In this document: one piece after another, positions 27,887 through 36,091 of the stretch
Layout: every line of letters starts with the position of its first letter
How positions within the stretch are numbered: position 1 is the first letter of the stretch
Sequence record: SRR20825006_2895
DNA length: 36,091 bases
Direction: 5' to 3' (one strand)
The notes under the pieces: generated by a model
Databases searched by the model: none
Seen by the model: only the letters and a program-made list of their open reading frames with translations
What the model was told of the DNA's origin: nothing
Translations under genes and position numbers: made by a program

Positions 27887-29044
27887 ATGAAAATCGGAGT
27901 ATTAGGAGGAGGAACAATGGGTTCAGGGATTGTTCAAGTAGCAGCGCAAAACGGACATCAAGTCGTATTAGTAGATTTGAATGAACAAATGCTACAGCGT
28001 TCGAAAGAACAATTGGCTAAAATAATGAACCGATTGATAGAGAAGGAAAAAATCACTTCGGAAGAATCAACGGCAATTCAATCGCGCATTATTTATAGTC
28101 AAGATGTACACGATTTCAGGGATTGTGGAATGGTGATTGAAGCAATTATTGAGGATTTGGACATCAAAAAAGATGTTTTCAAGAAAATTGAACTCCTTGT
28201 TGCGAAGGACTGTGTGTTGGCTTCCAATACTTCTTCGTTGTCGATTGCTTCGATTGCAGGAGCTTTGGAGCATCCAAATCGAATGATTGGAATTCACTTT
28301 TTTAATCCAGCGCCACTGATGCCGTTAGTAGAAATCATTCCTGCGGTTCAAACTTCGGAGGAGGTGCTGAATTGGTCAAAATCATTGATCGATTCTTGGA
28401 AAAAAGTGACGGTCTTATGTAAAGACACGCCTGGATTTATCGTTAACCGTGTGGCACGCCCATTTTATGGAGAAGCTTTGAGGATTTATGAAGAAGGTGT
28501 AGCGGATTTCGCAACGATTGATTGGGCAATGACCGAATTGGGCGGATTTCGAATGGGACCGTTTACACTCATGGATTACATCGGAAATGATATTAACTAT
28601 ACGGTAACGGAAACTGTTTTCGCAGCATTCTATTACGATCCAAGATATAAGCCGTCGTTCACGCAAAAACGTCACTCGGAAGCGGGTTATTTTGGGCGAA
28701 AATCCGATAGAGGATATTACAATTACGCTGAAGGTGCAGTTCAACCTGAGCCAACAAAGGATTTAGAAGTTGGAAAGTACATCTTCGAACGCGTATTAGT
28801 GATGCTCATTAATGAAGCTGTAGATGCTGTTTTCTTGAACATCGGCTCAAAAGAAGCCATCGATCTTGCGATGACAAAAGGAGTGAACTATCCTAAAGGA
28901 TTACTTACTTGGGCGGATGAACTCGGATTGGATTTCGTGCTAAATAAACTTCAAGACATGTATGAGGAATACGGAGAAGATCGCTACCGTCCAAGTCCAC
29001 TTTTGAGAAGAATGGTGAAGGCGAATGAGAAGTTTTTTGCATAA
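27887..29044 (+). CDS. paaH: 3-hydroxyacyl-CoA dehydrogenase, PaaH-like
   Basis: GVLGGGTMGSGI, IEAIIEDL, ASNTSSLSI, GIHFFNPAPLMPLVE and DTPGFIVNRVARPFYGEA, plus a second C-terminal domain (MLINEA...IDLAMTKGVNYPKG). Confidence 0.85.
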   Translation: MKIGVLGGGTMGSGIVQVAAQNGHQVVLVDLNEQMLQRSKEQLAKIMNRLIEKEKITSEESTAIQSRIIYSQDVHDFRDCGMVIEAIIEDLDIKKDVFKKIELLVAKDCVLASNTSSLSIASIAGALEHPNRMIGIHFFNPAPLMPLVEIIPAVQTSEEVLNWSKSLIDSWKKVTVLCKDTPGFIVNRVARPFYGEALRIYEEGVADFATIDWAMTELGGFRMGPFTLMDYIGNDINYTVTETVFAAFYYDPRYKPSFTQKRHSEAGYFGRKSDRGYYNYAEGAVQPEPTKDLEVGKYIFERVLVMLINEAVDAVFLNIGSKEAIDLAMTKGVNYPKGLLTWADELGLDFVLNKLQDMYEEYGEDRYRPSPLLRRMVKANEKFFA

Positions 29045-29108
29045 CATCGAGTCTTTCAATTCTTTTATCCTGAGATAAAATTGTATCTTTCTTTCAAATT
29101 ATTCACTC

Positions 29109-30263
29109 ATGAAGATAAAGTCGTTTAGTGGTTTGGTTCTATTACTAACACTAGTTGTTAGCTGTGGAGACCCTGGTTCCAACTTGAAAAGTAAGAACGA
29201 AGTGAAGAGAACGCCTGTTGAATTGGCAGAAGCCGACATTTTTAATTTTGGACAAATCTTCGCGTATCTTCAAAATGACACAAAGCTTCTGGATGAAGCG
29301 AATAGCTTTTTCATGAAAGGCTTAAATTCATTTCGTAATAAGCACAATTTAGACAGTGCAGATTATTATTTGCGTCAATCTATTTTAAAAGAACCAACAG
29401 GAAAGGCGTATTTCGAATTGGGAAATGTTTACATGGATAAAAAGTCTTTTGATGATGCATTACTCGCATATACCTTAGCAGAACAACTCGATTATCAGCC
29501 GCTCTCAAAAATTTTGTACAATAAGTCGTGCATCTACTCTTTGCAGAAAAATCCTGAACTCTCTGGAAAATACCTAGAGTTTGCGCTTCAAGCTGGATAT
29601 AATAATATAGACCATATCAATGTTGATACAGATTTGAAAGCGCTCCGAGCAAGTTATCATTTTGAGGAAGCAGTGAAAAATGGCACAAGAGGAATGTCCG
29701 ATGCAGACAATCTAATTTGGCTTCAGTTCAAGAAAATGTTCTCAAAATTCCCAAATCCGCATAAGGCGAAGATGATAATGGATGAAAAGAACCTTGCAAA
29801 CTTGCAATATATCTCTTATGAGTATGAAAAGTATATTTCTGAAATGCGAGATGATAAGTTCTCTCGAGAAGTGAGCAAAGGATTTTATTATTACGCCCAA
29901 ATGTATGAGACGGATCAATTTGTTGCGTTGGTTTACATTGTAAAGGATGAATTTTTGGGAGAATACAGTCCGCTAACTTATCGTTTGGCAACATTCACGC
30001 ACGACGGAAAACTCATAGACAAAAAGGATATGGGTGGAAGAGAGTTACTTTCGGATCCAATAAAGCAAGCAACTTTTGTGAAAGACAGAACGATCAAAAT
30101 AGAGGTGCTGAAACCAACTTACACGAAGAATCCAGAGGAAGAAGGGTATTACGACAATAAGATTTTATCGTATTCCAAAATTGGATCGCTTGAGTATGTC
30201 ATTGAAGACAATGGCAAAATCAAACAAACGAAGGGAGACAAAAAGGAACTCGCTGCAAATTAG
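29109..30263 (+). CDS. TPR-containing lipoprotein
   Basis: Lipobox VVSC; TPRs AYFELGNVYMDKKSFDDALLAY and YNKSCIYSLQ...ALQAGY...DTDLKALR (TPR end-cap-like); beta-rich C-terminal domain. Confidence 0.8.
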   Translation: MKIKSFSGLVLLLTLVVSCGDPGSNLKSKNEVKRTPVELAEADIFNFGQIFAYLQNDTKLLDEANSFFMKGLNSFRNKHNLDSADYYLRQSILKEPTGKAYFELGNVYMDKKSFDDALLAYTLAEQLDYQPLSKILYNKSCIYSLQKNPELSGKYLEFALQAGYNNIDHINVDTDLKALRASYHFEEAVKNGTRGMSDADNLIWLQFKKMFSKFPNPHKAKMIMDEKNLANLQYISYEYEKYISEMRDDKFSREVSKGFYYYAQMYETDQFVALVYIVKDEFLGEYSPLTYRLATFTHDGKLIDKKDMGGRELLSDPIKQATFVKDRTIKIEVLKPTYTKNPEEEGYYDNKILSYSKIGSLEYVIEDNGKIKQTKGDKKELAAN

Positions 30264-30270
30264 AACGAGG

Positions 30271-30939
30271 TTATCGTTTAGGAGTGGTCAGTAGATATTC
30301 GGAATATCCCAATCTTATCAGGACTTGAGCGAAAATCAAGTTCGGAATCCAACTCAAATACGAAAGTAAAATGTACGTTTCTCTTGGAGGAAGCTGAATA
30401 TTACACACATCAAATAAATAGGCGTAGAATCTTAAAGTCACAGCGGAGAGCGTTAGCGCATAACTGCGAATTGTCCATTTCGCGTGAGTGGAAAAAGCAT
30501 GTTTTCGTGCGAAATAATATCCTAACCATGTCGACAACATCCAAAATAAGCTCAATAACACAAAGCTAATTTGTGCGAAATAGCCTCCGTTCGCATAAAA
30601 TGCCATGACCAAAGCCGACGGTCCTGAAATAAAAAGTACAGTTATAATGTAGGTCTTCCCAAAAACGCGATGAAGTTTTGGAAATGAGTGAATGATTCTT
30701 CTATTGAATTGCAAAAGTCCAGTGAGAATTACAATTGGACTTGTGAATACGTGCGTATAGAAACTGATTCTCCAAAGGTCGATGTGGTAAATAAGTTGTT
30801 TGGTCGCCAAAAACTCAATCCCAGGTTTGAAGTGAATGTATGGAAGCGAAAGAAGAATGAGTAAATAAGATGCGTAGAGAATCAATCCAACGCTGATCGC
30901 TTTTAAAGCGAAATAGAAAATGTTCTTTATCGTTTCCAC
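30271..30939 (-). CDS. DUF2306-like integral membrane protein
   Basis: Several TM helices; FYTHV, GLLQF, LHRVFGKTY, HAKWTIRSYALTLSAVTLR and SWIPNL. Confidence 0.82.
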   Translation of the reverse strand: METIKNIFYFALKAISVGLILYASYLLILLSLPYIHFKPGIEFLATKQLIYHIDLWRISFYTHVFTSPIVILTGLLQFNRRIIHSFPKLHRVFGKTYIITVLFISGPSALVMAFYANGGYFAQISFVLLSLFWMLSTWLGYYFARKHAFSTHAKWTIRSYALTLSAVTLRFYAYLFDVCNIQLPPRETYILLSYLSWIPNLIFAQVLIRLGYSEYLLTTPKR

Positions 30940-30945
30940 GATGGT

Positions 30946-31743
30946 TTATGGATACATTCGAGCGTGAATAGGATTCCCCTCGCGAGCAAGGTGGGCTTCA
31001 TATTCTTCTTGTTTCACGAAGTAGATCATCTTTTGCTTGGGAAAAATAGTATTGTCGCTCCAGCTTAACGTCACCTTTTCCCCTTCAATGTTCCAATTTC
31101 CTAAAATTGTTTTTGATTGTTCGACACGTGCACTTCCGCGGTGTTCATAATCTATCTCAGGCGTACCTGCCGGATAATAGGTGAAAATTGCGAGACCGTC
31201 TTCCTTGAAAGCATATTCTCCAATTGTATCGTAAGAATCTGCGAAATACGCCGTGAAATTTTCTAAAGTGATTTTCTCTTTGGATTCAAAATTTCTGCCG
31301 TTAGATGGACTATACTTTTTTAAGCTGAATTTCTTTTCTGTGATTTTCCCGTTGTTCGATTTCCAAACACCCTCTGGATTTTCATCCTCTCCAATAAAAG
31401 TCAATTGAAAAACGCCATCATAAGGGTGATCTCCTGGTTCGGCTAACGAAACATGAATAGTGTCTCCTGATCGTTCAACTTTTCCAGAAATATTCCTCTG
31501 CAGTCCAAGATGGATGTTATATCCAACAGCATTTTTTGAACTTATGTAGTTGATCACGATACGAATATTACTTCCTCCAAATTCGCCAGAATAAATTCCA
31601 CCAAGAGAATCATAGGCAAACGTGTCTTCCTGTGGGATTTCTGAATTTACCGAAGCAACGGCCGATTCGGGTTGATCTTTCTCAGAAGAACATGAGGTAA
31701 ACCCAGCGACTAGAATTGAAAAAAGCAATAAGCGTGAATACAT
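30946..31743 (-). CDS. Hypothetical lipoprotein
   Basis: Lipobox FTSC; beta-rich domain GIYSGEF...QRNISG...EPGDHPYDGVF; 6-nt gap to the DUF2306-like gene. Confidence 0.75.
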   Translation of the reverse strand: MYSRLLLFSILVAGFTSCSSEKDQPESAVASVNSEIPQEDTFAYDSLGGIYSGEFGGSNIRIVINYISSKNAVGYNIHLGLQRNISGKVERSGDTIHVSLAEPGDHPYDGVFQLTFIGEDENPEGVWKSNNGKITEKKFSLKKYSPSNGRNFESKEKITLENFTAYFADSYDTIGEYAFKEDGLAIFTYYPAGTPEIDYEHRGSARVEQSKTILGNWNIEGEKVTLSWSDNTIFPKQKMIYFVKQEEYEAHLAREGNPIHARMYP

Positions 31744-31777
31744 AGTTTGTTATTTGCACAATAAAACTACAAATATT

Positions 31778-33244
31778 CTACTGAAAAGCTTTCATCGCAC
31801 GTTGAATGTAGTAGTTGTCCATTTTGTTCGGTGCCAAATATGATGGATCAATAATGTGATCAGGCTGTTTAATTTCCTCTGGATGCTCAGAAAGGGGTAG
31901 GTGTGAATAGAAGGTATTCGGATTTACAAAAAGTTTAAACTTTGAATTCGGAAGCTTAACCCTCAAAGTTCCCGCATTTCCATGATAAAAACTTCCACCT
32001 GCTGGTCTTCCTACTAATTGAGCGTTGCAAATGGTTTTGAGTTGGCATGCAAGCATAGACGCTGAAGAAAATGTTCCTTCGTCCGTAATTACCACAATTT
32101 GCCCTTGAAATACGTTGTCTTGATCAATTTCGCGAGTTCTTACTTCACCATTGTTGAATTTCTGACGGGCACGAAGCCTTTGTTGAATTTTACTCGTGCG
32201 TTTATGTCTGCGATAATCGGAATTCCACTTGCGAATATTCTTGTCATCCTTGAATGATTTTGGTTTTTGAATTACATAACGGCCCAAGTAAACTCCTTTC
32301 CCAGCGAAATAACGCATCAAGGAATATTGCATAACTCCACCTGTATTTCCACGAAGATCAATGATTACCTTGTCAAGTCCTCTGGTCCGAATTTTTTGAA
32401 AGGAACGATCGAGAAATGCTTCATAGTATTTTCCTCCGCATATTTTGAAGGATTTGAATCTGAAATAAGCGTATTTTGAGTTGATAATTTTAAATTTCCC
32501 AATATCACTTTCTGTTGCTCTGAAATCTATAGCTGCTTGTTGAATCCGCTTGTTAATGGAATAGACTGGAGCAGATCCTAGCAAGAAATACAGTTGTACG
32601 GTGTCCGCATCATTTATGTAGGAAACCTCAATTGAATCTTTCGTAAACGGATTACTTAGATGACGATAGAATTCAAATAATTCTGCCGCTTGATGATACT
32701 TAAAATCCATACCATTTTCGTCAGAAGAAAGGAACGGTGAAATGAGTTTCATCATTTGCGGAACCGTCAATGAATCAATAGAAATGATTTCGCTTCCTTC
32801 GGCGATTCTCTTTTTACGCTCGGATTTAGGCTTTCCTTCATTCGCGAGTGCAATGTCTTCGGAACTCAATTTGCCTACATACAGTTTTTTTCCTTGCAGG
32901 TAATAGTCGATTGGAAGCGCATTTCTGTCTGCTAACCACTCTCGAAATAATTCTCGCGTAGGATGGATTTGTGTGTGACCGCATTCTATCAGAGCAAGCG
33001 TTGAGGTGTAGTTTTTATATTGATCGATCAACGATAACTCCTCCGAGAGATCTTTTTCAAGTTTATTTAAAGCTGAATTAATGGAATCTGTGGAAATATG
33101 GAGATCGAGAGTCCCTTCTTTAGCTAATATTGTTTGCTTAAATATATCAAAGTCGACAAGTTGATCCTCTATCGTTATTTTCTTTGCAGAAGGACAAACA
33201 ATAAGAAGCACTAATAGCGCAAAGAGGAAAGAAACATTTCGCAT
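31778..33244 (-). CDS. S41 family (tail-specific protease-like) exported peptidase
   Basis: Signal peptide; IECGHT, PDZ-like GSEIISID, IIDLRGNTGG, ITDEGTFSSAS (catalytic Ser region) and LVGRPAGG. Confidence 0.87.
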   Translation of the reverse strand: MRNVSFLFALLVLLIVCPSAKKITIEDQLVDFDIFKQTILAKEGTLDLHISTDSINSALNKLEKDLSEELSLIDQYKNYTSTLALIECGHTQIHPTRELFREWLADRNALPIDYYLQGKKLYVGKLSSEDIALANEGKPKSERKKRIAEGSEIISIDSLTVPQMMKLISPFLSSDENGMDFKYHQAAELFEFYRHLSNPFTKDSIEVSYINDADTVQLYFLLGSAPVYSINKRIQQAAIDFRATESDIGKFKIINSKYAYFRFKSFKICGGKYYEAFLDRSFQKIRTRGLDKVIIDLRGNTGGVMQYSLMRYFAGKGVYLGRYVIQKPKSFKDDKNIRKWNSDYRRHKRTSKIQQRLRARQKFNNGEVRTREIDQDNVFQGQIVVITDEGTFSSASMLACQLKTICNAQLVGRPAGGSFYHGNAGTLRVKLPNSKFKLFVNPNTFYSHLPLSEHPEEIKQPDHIIDPSYLAPNKMDNYYIQRAMKAFQ

Positions 33245-33294
33245 AAGGAAGATTTATCCTAAATAACGCAAAAAGTTATAATTCCGTTTCACTT

Positions 33295-34389
33295 TTATTT
33301 CAATTTATCTTTTGCTTGTTGCGCATAAAACCCATTCGCGGTAGAAATAGAGGTGAAAATTTTCCGGGCTAGAATTTTATTCCCCATTTTTTCATAGCTC
33401 AAAGCCGTCATCCATTGCGCTTCTTCATCGAAATTAGAAAATGAACCTTGAATACATTGATTAAAATGATCAACAGCCGAAGAGTACTCACCTAAATTGA
33501 AAAGGCAAACACCAGCATAAAAGTGGGCGTTAACATCTTCCGAATAAGTTGAAAGGATTGTTTCATAACGAGAAAGCGCCTTTTTATAGTTACCACCGTT
33601 GAAGATGCGCATTGTTTTATCAATGAACTCTATATAAGGAACGTCTACATCTTTCCAATCGGTTTCTAGTTCATTGGATGTTTTGTCTTCCTTGTACGCA
33701 GGAGTTCCAGTGAGAACCATTTGCTTCGTTTTAATCTGTGGTTTTTCCCGATACTTTCTATAATCGACTAATTTCAAATCGTGAAGATAGATCTCCTTCG
33801 CCAAATCGTGCTTGCGCGTAATTTCTGGCGCTGGTGTAATTGTTGGATCTAGTTCGTGGATTGGTAGACGATCGATTTGTATCGGCGGATCGTTCTCACG
33901 GGTTTCGTTCATTTCCTTAAAATCACTTTTTATTGAAGTAGGTCGAATCTGAGACTTACTCGGAGCGCTTTCCATTTTTTGAATCGTTTCGGAAATAATT
34001 AAATCTGATTCATCTAAAGTGATTTGTTGATCTTCTGAAAGTTTCGTGATAATTGTCTCCTTTAACGGATTCTCGATAGGTCCATCTTTTTGAGGTGGAC
34101 TAAGGAAGAAAATTAACAATGGAATTGCTGTTATAACAACTGCGGCTGAAAATATATACCATCCTGTATTCGAAGAATGTCCAAATTTCTTGTCTAAACG
34201 AGACAAATGCGTTGTGTTATAAGAAAGTTGCTCCCATCCTTCAAGAGCATCCGATTGAAAAGGATCGCTTTCGGATTTCTGTTCAATGGCATTCTTTAGC
34301 TCTGCATTGTCGGTGGAGCGATAGGTTTCGATATCCTCCCTTTCCAATCGATGGCTTCGGAATATATTATATAGTCTATTCAAATTCAT
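33295..34389 (-). CDS. Putative anti-sigma factor: single-pass membrane protein with C-terminal TPRs
   Basis: N-terminal DPFQSDALEGW, TM segment WYIFSAAVVITAIPLLIFFL, TPRs (AHFYAGVCLFNLGEYSSAVDHF; EAQWMTALSY); overlaps the ECF sigma gene by 14 nt. Confidence 0.7.
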   Translation of the reverse strand: MNLNRLYNIFRSHRLEREDIETYRSTDNAELKNAIEQKSESDPFQSDALEGWEQLSYNTTHLSRLDKKFGHSSNTGWYIFSAAVVITAIPLLIFFLSPPQKDGPIENPLKETIITKLSEDQQITLDESDLIISETIQKMESAPSKSQIRPTSIKSDFKEMNETRENDPPIQIDRLPIHELDPTITPAPEITRKHDLAKEIYLHDLKLVDYRKYREKPQIKTKQMVLTGTPAYKEDKTSNELETDWKDVDVPYIEFIDKTMRIFNGGNYKKALSRYETILSTYSEDVNAHFYAGVCLFNLGEYSSAVDHFNQCIQGSFSNFDEEAQWMTALSYEKMGNKILARKIFTSISTANGFYAQQAKDKLK

Positions 34390-34942
34390 GATTTCCCTCC
34401 AATTTTATTTTCAAATTGCGCTTTCCATTCTGAATAGCACTCTTAATTTTGTTCAAATCCATTTGAAGTACCTCTGCAATTTCTTGATATGACTTTTGTT
34501 CCAAATAGAAAAGTTCAATGCATTTCCGCTGATCTTGTTTCAATTCTTTTACGGCAGATTCCAACTTTGTCAATTCAACTTCCTTCTCAAGCGCCGAGTC
34601 GTTGTCAATTTCCTCAGTAACATTCTCGGATAAATCATCAAAAAATCGACCTTTCTTACGGAGTAACATCAAACATTCATTTTTTGTTACCATATATAAC
34701 CACGATTTAAAATAGCTAATGGTGTGGTTCGCGAGTTTTGAAGGCAATTTTTCAAAGAGAGACATTGTCAAGTCCTCCGCATCTTGCTGATTTTTCAAAT
34801 ATTTCATGCACGTTCCCATTACCAAGTGACCGTACCTTATATAATATTCACCGAGAATAGCTTTTGTTCCCCTCTCTTTGTAGAGGGAAAGAAGGTCTTC
34901 GTCTGTGTAGGAAGAATAATTATGTCTTCTTTTTAAAAGCAT
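34376..34942 (-). CDS. ECF-type RNA polymerase sigma-70 factor
   Basis: Region 2 DAEDLTMSLF...FKSWLYMVTKNEC; region 4 QRKCIELFYLEQKSYQEIAE...IKSAIQNGKRNLK. Confidence 0.95.
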   Translation of the reverse strand: MLLKRRHNYSSYTDEDLLSLYKERGTKAILGEYYIRYGHLVMGTCMKYLKNQQDAEDLTMSLFEKLPSKLANHTISYFKSWLYMVTKNECLMLLRKKGRFFDDLSENVTEEIDNDSALEKEVELTKLESAVKELKQDQRKCIELFYLEQKSYQEIAEVLQMDLNKIKSAIQNGKRNLKIKLEGNHEFE

Positions 34943-35050
34943 ATCCGCTTATATGATGTTTCTTCATGACTAATTCCATAAAATTAATTGTAATTTCCCG
35001 AACCCGTGTTGAATAATATTGTTCTAAAAGAAGATTGATACTATATAAAG

Positions 35051-36025
35051 ATGAAAAGAGTTGCTTTGATCACGTCAGGTGGAGATGCCCCAGGAATGAA
35101 TGCATGTATTCGCGCAATCGTTAAAACATGTCTTACAAGTGGTTTGGTTCCGATTGGTTATTTCGATGGTTATAGTGGAATGATCGAAAATCGGTTCAAA
35201 GTAATGGAATCGGATGATGTCGTGAATATTATTCAAAGAGGTGGTACAATATTAGGTACTGCACGATGTGAAGAGTTTAGGACAAAGGAAGGTCGGGCGA
35301 AAGCAATCGTGAATCTAAAGGAGAATAGTATTGATGGACTTGTGTGTATTGGTGGAGATGGAACCTTCACAGGTGCTAAGTTGCTTTCTGAAGAAATGAA
35401 CATCCCAGTTGTGGGAATTCCTGCGACAATAGATAATGATATATATGGAACGGATAGAACCATAGGATTTGACACCGCACTCAATACTGTCGTAGATGCC
35501 GTGGATAAAATAAAAGACACTGCAGGAAGTCATCACCGGATATTTTTGGTAGAGGTAATGGGACGAGATGCGGGATTCATTGCGTTATATTCATCCATCG
35601 CTGCTGGGGCTGCGTCAGTTTTAATTCCTGAGGAAAGATCCAATATTGAATTGCTCGCTGAGGATTTAAGGGCGCAAACTAAGAGGAGAAGTAACTGTGT
35701 GGTACTCGTTGCTGAAGGAGATGATGCTGGTGGAGCAAAAGATATTTATGAAAAATTGGTTCCGCTGATGCCCGAATACACGTTGAGGTATTCAATTCTC
35801 GGACATATTCAAAGAGGAGGAAGACCATCCGCGTTCGATAGAATTCTTGCAACATCGATGGGAGTGTACTCAATTAATCTATTAATTGAAGGTAAATCAA
35901 ATGTTGTTGTATGTTCTTTGGGAGATAAATTACATGCCCTTTCTATCCAAGAAGCCATGTCAAAAGAGGCTATGCCCGATTTAGGGAAATTAAAGCTAAT
36001 GAAACAGCTAAAGACAGTGATTTGA
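35051..36025 (+). CDS. pfkA: ATP-dependent 6-phosphofructokinase
   Basis: TSGGDAPGMN, GGTILGTAR, IGGDGT (Gly, ATP type), PATIDND, VEVMGR and LGHIQRGG. Confidence 0.97.
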   Translation: MKRVALITSGGDAPGMNACIRAIVKTCLTSGLVPIGYFDGYSGMIENRFKVMESDDVVNIIQRGGTILGTARCEEFRTKEGRAKAIVNLKENSIDGLVCIGGDGTFTGAKLLSEEMNIPVVGIPATIDNDIYGTDRTIGFDTALNTVVDAVDKIKDTAGSHHRIFLVEVMGRDAGFIALYSSIAAGAASVLIPEERSNIELLAEDLRAQTKRRSNCVVLVAEGDDAGGAKDIYEKLVPLMPEYTLRYSILGHIQRGGRPSAFDRILATSMGVYSINLLIEGKSNVVVCSLGDKLHALSIQEAMSKEAMPDLGKLKLMKQLKTVI

Positions 36026-36091
36026 TTTTAAAACAGTTATGCCACAATTTTAAATTATTATCGTTTTTTTCAAAAAGAATTTGTTGAAAAG

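Overview
Chromosomal window from an AT-rich Bacteroidota (Flavobacteriales-like) genome, judged from T9SS substrates, TAnnTTTG -7 promoter elements, the rplQ-carA-eno gene order and the long-form HutU. Housekeeping genes (rplQ, carA, eno, hutU, ndh, an AddA-like helicase-nuclease, paaG/paaH-like genes, pfkA) are interspersed with accessory envelope genes. These include three T9SS cargo proteins (a glycine-rich/PKD type-B protein, a cohesin-dockerin-cohesin-like type-A protein and a beta-helix type-A protein), WG-repeat and TPR proteins, an S41 peptidase and an ECF sigma/anti-sigma pair. The most unusual parts are: (i) a tightly packed mbnP-mbnH-like pair followed by a CinA-like/NadD-like two-domain protein and a WYL regulator, with no TonB-dependent transporter or methanobactin genes in the window; (ii) a non-cellulosomal cohesin/dockerin-like T9SS protein with a 7-Cys linker; (iii) ribosomal protein L17 fused to a helix-hairpin-helix domain; (iv) a toxin-first RelE/XRE toxin-antitoxin module with a perfect 20-bp palindrome inside its promoter. 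I saw no rRNA, tRNA, CRISPR array, transposase or integrase. All family calls come from motif recognition by eye, not from database searches.
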